Shown: positions 54,300 through 64,000 of the stretch, piece after piece
Numbering within the stretch: position 1 is the stretch's first letter
Layout: each line of letters opens with the position of its first letter
DNA from: Octopus sinensis
Lineage: Eukaryota
Length of the DNA stretch: 64,000 nt
Reading direction: 5' to 3'
Assembly (NCBI RefSeq): GCF_006345805.1
Contig: NC_043002.1
Coordinates: 8,618,001 to 8,682,000, forward strand
Made by a program: the position numbers and the translations under genes
The notes under the pieces: generated by a model
The model's input: the letters and a program-made list of their open reading frames with translations, nothing else
The model's database searches: none
What the model was told of the DNA's origin: nothing

Positions 54300-54605
54300 A
54301 ATCATCCTCATCGTTTAACGTCTGCTTTCCATGCTAGCATGGGTTGGACATATGACTGAGTGCTGGCAAACGAGATGGCTGCACCAGGCTCCAATCTTGA
54401 TCAGGCAGTGTTTCTACAGCTGGATGCCCTTCCTAATGCCAACCACTCAGTGAGTGTAGTGAGTGCTTTTTATGTGCCACTGGCACGGGGCCAGTCAGGC
54501 GGCACTGGCAATGACCTCGCTTGAATCTTTTACACATGCCACCGGCACGGGTGCCAGTAAGGCGATGCTGGTAACTATCACGCTCGAATGGTGTTTTTTA
54601 CGTGG
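54300..54605 (-). mobile_element. RTE 3' UTR copy
   Basis: Shared 3' end plus modules. Confidence 0.85.
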
Positions 54606-54652
54606 AAATTATTGTATACAGTGCTCAGGTGCACCACAACTTGTCAAAAGTG
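54606..54652 (-). mobile_element. CR1 extreme 3' fragment
   Basis: attgtatacagtgctcaggtgcaccacaacttgtcaaaagtgc. Confidence 0.75.
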
Positions 54653-54659
54653 CCTGTTG

Positions 54660-54855
54660 AGATGTTCTGTGTTTTGTTCAATTAATTTTAAATATAACAA
54701 AGAATTTAGTAAAATAACTTAGTTATCATTAAGCTAGTGGTAGGTACATAAATTGTGATTAAGTTTTGGTGAAAGATTTTAATTCAGAACTTTTGAAAAC
54801 AAGACATTTGTACTACAGAACCAGAGGTGGTTTCATCTGGGTTAGTAACAAAGGC
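54660..54855. mobile_element. piggyBac-like MITE family B, partial
   Basis: Collinear with 18680-18850. Confidence 0.7.
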
Positions 54856-55048
54856 ACATACAGTAAGTATGTGACATCTATCATGTTTACATTATTAGAG
54901 CTACCTCTAACTTAGAATCTAATGTTATATATTTAGACACATACACACAGACGGACGGACGTACGTACATATGTATGTATGTATGTATGTATGTTATATA
55001 TTTAGACACATACACAGATAGATAGATAGATAGATGTATGTATGTATA

Positions 55049-55202
55049 TTCTTTCAGTTTCCATCTACCAAATCCACTGACAAGACTTTGGTCAACCTGA
55101 GACTGTATTAGAAGACACTTGCCCAAGGTGCCATGCAGTGGGACTGAACCCAGAACCATGCGGTTGGGAAACAAGTTTCTTATCACACGGCCACATCTGT
55201 GC

Positions 55203-55205
<3 letters not shown>
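55049..55205 (-). mobile_element. SINE family 1 head (within local duplication)
   Basis: Matches 56040-56195. Confidence 0.85.
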
Positions 55206-55244
<39 letters not shown>

Positions 55245-55759
55245 CATGAGTGTGTGTGTGTGTGTGTAAGTTTGTATACTTTTATTATTCTTGTTGTTGT
55301 TTATTTTATCAAATGTATGTATGTATGTATGTATGTGTGTATACACATGATTTAGAATTAAATGGATGCAACAAAATTGAAATACGGGAACATTTCAAAG
55401 AAATATGATCCCTGCCTCTCTCATTTCACCCCTTACTTCTATTTATTGATATACATACCTTTTCTCATATCCACCTTAACACTTGTTCACTCTCTCACAT
55501 GGACAATAAACAAACCCTTAGACTTGTCCATTCCAAAGAAATATGTTTTTGAATGAGAATTATTAAAACATGCTGCATGAAATACTTTTGTGCAACAATA
55601 AATAAATGGAGATATTAAGCATATCCTGAATTGGAAGTGGTGCTTCGATATAATTTATGTTATTCTTGGAATATATCTGCGTGTATATACAGCGATATGT
55701 AAACAAATATATACATACAGGAGTGTGCATGTGTGTGTGTGTGTGTGTGTGAGTATTTG

Positions 55760-55955
55760 TGTATTCTTTTATTTGTTTCAGTCAGTTGACTGTGGCCATG
55801 CTGGAGCACCACCTTTAGTCAAAACAAATCAACCCCAGGACTTATTCTTTGTAAGCCTAGTACTTATTCTGTCGGTCTCTTTTCGCCAGACTTCCAAGTT
55901 ATGGGAACATAAACACACCAACATCGGTTGTCAAGTGATAGTGTGGGAACAAACA

Positions 55956-56011
<56 letters not shown>

Positions 56012-56193
56012 GACAGACAGACAGATAGATACAATGGGCTTCTTTCAGTTTCCATCTACCAAATCCACTGACAAGGCTTTGGTCGACCTGAGACTGTATT
56101 AGAAGACACTTGCCCAAGGTACCATGCAGTGGGACTGAACCCAGAACCATGCAGTTGGGAAACAAGTTTCTTATCACACAGCCACACCTGCGC

Positions 56194-56195
<2 letters not shown>
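55760..56195 (-). mobile_element. SINE family 1
   Basis: Reverse complement, full length. Confidence 0.88.
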
Positions 56196-56249
<54 letters not shown>

Positions 56250-56862
56250 TATACACACATGAGTGTGTGTGTGTGTGTGTGTGATAGTTTGTATACTTTT
56301 ATTATTCTTGTTATTGTTTATTTTATCAAATCATAAATAAAGGTCATTAAAAAATGAAATATTGATTAAAATATTTGACTAAAGCAAATGTAATGATAGG
56401 GACAATTATAGGTATATAGATGCACACACATCACACACACATATATATATGTGAATGTGTGTGTGTATAAATACACATATGCACACAGACATAATCATAT
56501 TTATGTGTGTGTGTGTGTGTATATATATATGTGTGTGTGTGTGTGTGTATTTGTAAATGTATACATGTATATGTGTAGCTATGCATAAATTTACATACAT
56601 TCTAAATGATGATGATGATTCTCTTACATACTCTCTCACACACACACACAACACAATCTTACACACATACATGCACAAATACACAGTACATGTATTGCAT
56701 ACAACCACATTCATACATGTGTGTAAAGAGAGAGATGGAGATGAGTTTGCACAGAAATGAGAAAAAAATATATCAGGTCATGTGAATCCCCCTAAATACT
56801 CTGTAAATAAATTCTGTGTAAAAGAAGCAAAAGAATAAATTGAATATTTAAAAGACACTTAC

Positions 56863-57082
56863 CAGGAAATATGAAGATCCCCGACTGTAATATTTTGTAA
56901 TCCAAATCTTTTAATCCTTTTGGAAGGTTTATTTGTCGACGGCTGTAAGAAGAGATTGAGTGCGGACTGGATGGAGTTGATAAACTCTCACCTTCACCAA
57001 GTGCCATTTCATCCAATAAAGACAAGGATCCTGGGGAATTGAAAAGACAGGAATGATCAGAATCGATTCTACCCTGAGACAT
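56863..57082 (-). CDS. Coding exon of the same gene, ending at the start of the Sec14/CRAL-TRIO-like domain
   Basis: ORF MSQGRIDSD...KDLDYKILQSGIFIFP(G) with strong donor CCTG|gtaagt. LQSGIFIFPG matches the LxSG(I/V)xxxPG motif opening the Sec14-like domain of PLEKHG4-family proteins. 5' boundary uncertain. Confidence 0.7.
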
Positions 57083-58744
57083 GACAGTACACTTCAGACA
57101 AGTAATTCAAAGATTTTGTCGCACATTATTTAATTTGTCAATAAACCCGTTTAAATATAAATTGTGACTGTATTTCTGTTTCTTTTTTTGTGGTTTCTTT
57201 TTTTTTTTTTTTGCAATATGTCTATTCGTCCATCTATCCGGATAGCTATCTACCCTGTAATATTAAGCAGATCTACCCTGTAATTTTAAGCAGAACAACT
57301 TAGATTAACTGAAAACGCCCAGTTTGTCAGATATTTGGAAAAAAAAACAAAAACGAAACAGTGAGGAACCAGTGAATACATGTAGAGTAATATGTATGTA
57401 TAGCAGTCTCTCAACAGAAGAAAACCAAGGGTAAGCAAAGGAACAGTCCTGGGGAATTTCTGTGTGTGTGTGCGTGTAGGCTGTCTCCACTTACAGTCAG
57501 CATGACTATTGGGAAGTATAGCATAGGACTACACTCCCACTACCACTTGAACATACATATAAGAACCATTTCAACATACATCACTGGTAAACTGACTGCC
57601 CCCTAAAGCACTGTTTTAAATAATTTACATGACATGGAGATAGCAAGAGCCTTTACCACCCAAATACCTCCCCCATACTATCAAGTTGATTACCAGTTGA
57701 AGGGGTGCTACTATCAGGGGTGAACTGGGTGGAAGGTGTCTGAGTGGAAACTAAATTTACCATATTGGATACTTACAATCCACTTAACTATAAAGAAAAA
57801 AAAAGAAACAAAAGTTAAATATATATATGTATATATATATACACTTACAGCTTGACTGGATATAGAAACATTATAAGAAGCAGGAATCTGTAATTAGTCG
57901 CTAATTGCAGTCTGACAACTGATATAATCATTGACACAGAGAAAGTTAAAAGTATACGCAATGATCAAATGTTTAATGTTGATTTTGTTTACCAGTTTTT
58001 CAATAAATTAGTTATAATTATTTAAAAATAATAATAACCAAACATAAAAAAAAAACACATCAAAACCAATGAAATATTAATTCAAATTGTTAGCAGCTGA
58101 GAATAAAATAGAATGGCATGAAATACTACAGTAAAGAAAATATACACATTTGATGCAGAAAAACTATTATTTTTATTGTTATTCTACTTCTCAGACATCC
58201 AATACTGATGATATTAATAGTTAGATCTACTTCAAAGAAAACGATTTTAAATACCTTTGGATGATGTCCAATTGAATTTGCAATGTAAAAAAATATTTGA
58301 TAGCTTTTAGATTACAAGAAAAAGTTATAGACAAAAAATTGGTTTTCGTCTTTTAAATAAAAGAGTAGTTTTTTGCTTCTTTACTTCTGCTGATTGTACA
58401 TATATTTAAAATCAAAAGTGGTAAGAAAAAGTAGAGTCGACCAACAGTGTATGAAAAATTATGATGATTTGCTAAGATTTTATATCTGCCCGTAACATTG
58501 CTATTCTAGATTGAAACTGTTTGCACGAGTGTCATATCCAGGGTCAAATATTGCAGTTTTCTGTCATTAAATTATGGCAGGAACTTATCCAAAAGATATT
58601 TGACAATTTTCCCGACTCAATAAGGATGTCATAAACTATTTTAAGGGCAATGCCTTTTTTTTTTTTTATATATATTTACTAGAACCGTCTACAAGAAGAT
58701 ACTTCACTACAATGGTGGTCTAAGAAAGATTTTGAACTCAGAGT

Positions 58745-59042
58745 GTACAGTTTGTCCTACTCGATCCACGCGTGGCTCATAAGGGCTGGTTTCTTGCCGT
58801 ATAGGTTCCCCACCTGGACGGGATGCAGGTCCGTCACAGGTGAGCTGCAAGATGCAGGAGGAAAGAGTTAGAGAAAGTTGTGGTGAAAGAGTCAGCAAAA
58901 GTTCGCCATTACCTTCTGCCGGAGTCGTGTGGAGCTTAGGTGTTTCGCTCATAAACACACACATCACCCGGTCTGAGATTCGAACCCGCGATCCCTCGAC
59001 CGTGAGTCTACTGCTCTAACCACTAGGCCATGTGCCTCCACA
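58745..59042 (-). mobile_element. tRNA-derived SINE with V-domain-like core
   Basis: A box tggcctagtgg, B box ggttcgaatc, ctgtgacggacctgcatcccgtccaggtgg resembling the V-SINE domain. Confidence 0.75.
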
Positions 59043-59209
59043 GAATGTACAGTGCCAGAACACATACCTCAAGGCAGTCCATCTGATGCTCTAATAATTT
59101 AAAAAACTTACTGCCCTTGACTGGTACTTTATTTATTGACCCTGAAAGAATGAAAAATAAAGTTGACTTGGGTATGATTTGAACTTAAACAAATATCCAT
59201 AAAACCCTC

Positions 59210-59530
59210 ATCATCATCATTTAACATCCGTTTTCCATGTTGGCATGGGTTGGATGGTTCGACCGGGGTCTGGGAAGCTAGGAGGCTGCACCAGGCTCCA
59301 ATCTGATCTGACAGTGTTTCTACAGCTGGATGCCCTTCCTAATGCCAACCACTCCATGATTGTAGTGGGTGCTTTTTACGTGCCACCGGCACAGGTGCCA
59401 GGGGAGGCTGGCAATGGCCACGATTGGTTGGTGCTTTTTACATGCCACCGACACGGAAGTCAGTCAAGGTGGCGCTGGCATCAGCCACATACGGATGGTG
59501 CTTTTTATGTGCCACCGGCACAGGTGCCTC
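59210..59530 (-). mobile_element. RTE 3' UTR copy ~70 bp downstream of the 649-nt exon
   Basis: Shared 3' end plus modules. Confidence 0.85.
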
Positions 59531-59598
59531 AATAATTAGAAATAATAATAAAAGATGTGGAGTTAGAAGTTAAAAGAAAATTCAAAAGATGTACCTAC

Positions 59599-60247
59599 CA
59601 TCAAAGTTCATTAGTTTATCAGTATCAGCCAGATTAGCCTCATCTTCTTCAACTCCACGATGGATCAATGGCTGTTCTGGATCACCTGGAAGAGTAGCAG
59701 GTGGATTGGACACAAGGTCATCCCATCTTAAGCACCGGATGCTGTCTTCAGCCGTCAGCAAACATCTCTGAAATAAGTTGCAAATCTCGCTGCGATGTGA
59801 CATGCTGGAGAGTAGCCAACTTCTTGGCAATATATAAATCTTTGGATTAAATATCCAAGGAAACAAATCCTCAAGATACTTTCTGGTCAAAAGAGACAGA
59901 AAGCTTTTGAATAGCAAATCCTGAAAGAGTTTGGTTGACACAAACTGCAAAGTGAAGTTGTCATCTGCTCTGGGCATCAACTGCCCACAGAATGCTACAT
60001 CTTGACTAATTTCTCCTGAATGTTGAATGCGTGAACCAGATGACTGTAAAATTTGACAGCGGTAAATGTGGTAAATGTTGGAAAGGGTATGAAAATAGTC
60101 ATAGCTTGAATTACAAAAATACCAAATTGTTGTTAACTTGTATGGAAATCTTCCCAAATACTTTCCAGTTGTAATATATTTGAGGCTGGTTTCAGATATC
60201 AGTGGTTGTGTATAAACATTGATCACACGTGAAGTTGGTGATGAAAT
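59599..60247 (-). CDS. Internal coding exon of a puratrophin-1/PLEKHG4/ARHGEF40-family RhoGEF-like gene (N-terminal domain)
   Basis: 649-nt stop-free exon, acceptor aatttaatttcgtttcag|ATT, donor GATG|gtaggt. Peptide DDNFTLQFV...CLLTAEDSIRCLRWDDLV resembles recalled ARHGEF40 GDFYLQVV...CLLSAPSGIQRLPWAELI (memory, not a search). Confidence 0.75.
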
Positions 60248-60444
60248 CTGAAACGAAATTAAATTTTGTTTAGTACATTTAAATTATGACAATACTTTTT
60301 GGTTTTAATTTGCAAATACAGACTCATAAAACTGTTTGTGACAAATGTATTAGTTATGAAGCAAGGCAACCAGCAGACTCCTGCTGCAATAACAACAATA
60401 GAAACATCTTTTTAATTATTTAATTCAACAAAACAGGATTACAT

Positions 60445-61000
60445 ATCATCATCATCGTTTAACATCCGCGTTCCATGCTAGCATGGGTTGGACAGGTTGA
60501 CTGTGGGCTGGCGAACCAGATAGCTGCACCAGACTCCAATCTAATCTGGCAGAGTTTCTACAGCTGGATGCCCTTCCTAACGCCAGCCACTCCGAGAGTG
60601 TAGTGGGTGCTTTTACGTGCCACCGGCATGGGGGCCAGTCTGGCGGCACTGGCAACAACCTCGCTCGAATCTTTTTACAAATGCCACCAGCACAGGTGTC
60701 AGTAAGGCAACGTTGGTAATGCTCATGCTCAAATGGTGCCTTTTTACGTGCCACCGGCATGGGGGCCAGTCAGGCAGTACTTGCAGTGACCTCGCTCGAA
60801 TCTTTTTACACATGCCACCGGCAAAGGTGTCAGAAAGGTAACATTGGTAATGATCACGCTCAAATGGTGCCCTTTTACGTGCCACCGGCATGGGGGCCAG
60901 TTGGCTGCTCTGGCAACGACCACGCTCGGGTGGTGCTCTCAGCACCCTACTAGCACAGGCACAAATGCCAGTAAGGCGACGCTGGTAACAATCACGTGTA
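60445..61000 (-). mobile_element. RTE 3' UTR copy with C-D-C-D-E-F module array
   Basis: Six core repeats. Confidence 0.9.
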
Positions 61001-62057
61001 AATTTCCATCACACTCTTTTGAACCTGAAGCACTTTTACATTATATGACACAGAAATTACAGAGAGGATTGGTAATCATAAACTAATTACTATTTCCATA
61101 TACATCATTGCTTTCTATGACGCCAACACAATAATTTGGCATTCCTTTAGCTTCATAATATTGATGTCATGTTGTGTGAGATACAAATATACTTTCAAAT
61201 ATCTTCTATAATTTAGAGTTTTATTCATGAAATTTATGATGTATCATGCTTCCTAAATTTGAGGGAGATTTGACTGTCATTTTTCTCATGTCCAAATCTG
61301 GGGTTGGATCAAATGAAGAAGCAACAAGGGCTGGTAATTTTCAATCAAAAAATTCTATTGTGGGATAGCTTTCATAATTGATTTGGGCCATCAACTTCTG
61401 AAGAAGCTGTAGGGGTGCTGTTGTGACATTCATCATGTCCTTATTTTAGGAATTCTTAAACCAGATGGAATCCATCCTTCTCCGAGTATGGCCACAGATA
61501 ATTTAATCCGCATAAAAAAAAGCAACAGAGAAAGCAAGAGAGAAACAAGAGTTGACCACAGTATAGAACTAGTACTTTATCAATCCTCCTCTTCCTCAGC
61601 AGCAGTAGCAGCAGTAGTAGTAGTAGTATTTGAAGACAAAGTACAAATAATAACCAATCATCAACTGTTCTGCCAAGAAATATCTTTTCTTTTCCCTTTT
61701 ACAGATGTTTTATGTTTGACAAGAGAAAAATAATTTAAAACTAAATTGTCTTTTCATTTTTAGACTTCCATATACAACATATGCAAATACGAATTTTGAA
61801 ACCAAATTTTCTTCCATAAAGATTAGTTCATTTCGCTTTCTTTTTATCAACTTATCTTTTCAGCATAAAAGCTTATCGCTTGCACACAAAGAAAAACTAA
61901 TGGAATTCTTTTCCAATAAAACTGGAACTTCTCAAAGATTAAGTAATAAAAACAAAACATATGACATAGCATTTACCTGGTATTTTTTTACCTAAGATTT
62001 TTACTTATAAATTGATTATTATGTGGACTCATACATGCATTTATGTGTATATGTATG

Positions 62058-62059
<2 letters not shown>

Positions 62060-62088
<29 letters not shown>

Positions 62089-62340
62089 ATTTATATCTAT
62101 ATATATATCTATATATATATATATACTTGGATATGGATGCGTGGCATTCAATTAAATAATAATATAAATAATATATATATTTATATATTATTTATATTAT
62201 TATTTATATGCATACATACATATATATATATATATATGTATATAAATAATAATATAAATATTATATATACTTGGAAATGGATGCATGGCATTCAATTAAA
62301 TAATAATATAAATAATATAATATAATTTATATAATTATTG

Positions 62341-62376
<36 letters not shown>

Positions 62377-62390
62377 TATTTACATATTAT

Positions 62391-62433
<43 letters not shown>

Positions 62434-62441
62434 ATTATTAT

Positions 62442-62496
<55 letters not shown>

Positions 62497-62625
62497 ATAT
62501 ATATTATTATATATTATTTATATATATTATATATATATATATTTTATTATATATATATTATCTATATATTATTTATATTATTTATATATATATATATATA
62601 TTATTTATATTATAATATAAATTGA
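62060..62625. repeat. AT-only low-complexity tract with a ~145-bp-period duplication
   Basis: atacttgga.atggatgc.tggcattcaattaaataataatataaataat at ~62122 and ~62267, then (TA/TAT)n. Confidence 0.9.
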
Positions 62626-62879
62626 TTTCCTAGACAAAAACTGAAAGAAGTCCCTCTTTCTCTCTCTCTCTCTCTCTGTACTCTTGCACACGCCTGTGCT
62701 TTTCTCCACAACTGCTATGGCTAGTGTGTCATCCCTGTAACTTAGCAGTTAAATAAGAATGACCAATAGAATAAGTACTAGGCTTAAAACTGAAAGTACT
62801 AGAGTCAATTCATTTGACTGAAATTCTTCAGGGTGGTATGCCAGCATGGCTACAGTCTAATGAGAGAAACAAATAAAAG

Positions 62880-62912
<33 letters not shown>

Positions 62913-62916
62913 TATA

Positions 62917-63280
62917 TTAAAATAGTGTACATTTAAACACAAAAGAAAACTACCCTTTAACAGGTAATTTTTATATGCTAGAAATAGCAGCCAACAAGGC
63001 CAAAACCATGATTTTATAGCAATTTTCGATATTGAAATCATCATTGGATAATATTGTTTTGCTAAATTACCTATTAAAGGATAGCAAATAATCGTATTTG
63101 CTAAAGAAATTCGAAACCATGTTATAACAGCTAATAAAAATAACAAGGTAAAAGTTTTTATTTTTCATTTACTTAAAAATTGCTATAAAATTGTAGTTTT
63201 GGCCATGTTGGTTGCTATTTCTAGCATGTAAAAATTACCTGTTAAAGGGTAGTTTTGTGTTTAACTGTACACTATTTTAA
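62917..63280. mobile_element. Long-TIR MITE with TTAA ends (Kolobok-like?)
   Basis: ~110-bp inverted arms, ttaa|aatagtgtaca ... tgtacactatt|ttaa. Confidence 0.8.
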
Positions 63281-63380
63281 AATATGAATATGTTGTCTAT
63301 TGACTATTTATACATGCTAGGCCACTAGTGGTGATATTTATAACAAATATTCGCTACCCTATATATGTATGTATATATAT

Positions 63381-63780
63381 AGGCGCAGGAGTGGCTGTGT
63401 GGTAAGTAGCTTGCTAACCAACCACATGGTTCCGGGTTCAGTCCCACTGTGTGGCATCTTGGGCAAGTGTCTTCTGCTATAGCTCCGGGCTGACCAATGC
63501 CTTGTGAGTGGATTTGGTAGACGGAAACTGAAAGAAGCCTGTCGTATATATGTACGTATATATATATATATATGTATGTGTGTTTGTCCCCCCAACATTG
63601 CTTGACAACCGATGCTGGTGTGTTTACGTCCCCGTTACTTAGCGGTTCGGCAAAAGAGACTGATAGAATAAGTACTGGGCTTACAAAGAATAAGTCCCGG
63701 GGTCGATTTGCTTGACTAAAGGCGGTGCTCCAGCATGGCCGCAGTCAAAATGACTGAAACAAGTAAAATAGTAAAAGAGT
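63381..63780 (+). mobile_element. SINE family 1
   Basis: Full length, (TA)n flanks. Confidence 0.9.
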
Positions 63781-64000
63781 ATATATATATGTGTGTGTGT
63801 GTGTGTGTATGTGTATACACACACACACATACAGAGTGGTGGGTGGGGGTGATAAAACTGAGTTTGTGAATGTTAAGCTGTAATGCAAAATATACAGGTG
63901 AAAGAAAGCAATGAGAAAAAGGTGATGGGAAAGCTGAGAAAAATGAGAATTTGTCAGACAATATTAGAATGTTATTTCTTAATGAATGGTACTAAGGGAG

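Noticed and set aside
58975-59042. tRNA gene
   Set aside because: A and B boxes present but no complete cloverleaf, and it continues into a SINE body.
61260-61520. Possible upstream exon (MMNVTTAPLQLLQKLMAQINYESY..., ILGEGWIP)
   Set aside because: Stops in all three minus frames and no usable donor; family resemblance too weak.

Overview
AT-rich eukaryotic DNA dense in microsatellites and transposons. The repeat families and their density suggest an octopod cephalopod (Octopus sp.); this is inference from recognition, not a search. The window reads mostly as large introns of a minus-strand gene. Two exons (60247-59599 and ~57082-56863) encode segments resembling the N-terminal domain and the start of the Sec14-like domain of the puratrophin-1/PLEKHG4/ARHGEF40 RhoGEF family; further exons could not be placed with confidence. 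The rest is a nested mosaic: ~30 mostly 5'-truncated copies of one RTE LINE 3' end with a modular hairpin array and (GAT)n tail, several tRNA-derived SINE families, a decayed mariner, a deleted maT-like element, CR1, R4/Dong-like, Penelope and Gypsy remnants, and several MITE/foldback families. No CRISPR array, rRNA or intact tRNA gene. Best leads: a TSD-bounded tandem SINE carrying a 360-bp identical copy of a locus 11 kb away, a spacerless 234-bp palindrome with a deleted relative, and the modular hairpin array in the RTE 3' UTR. Coordinates were read by eye; repeat boundaries are approximate.
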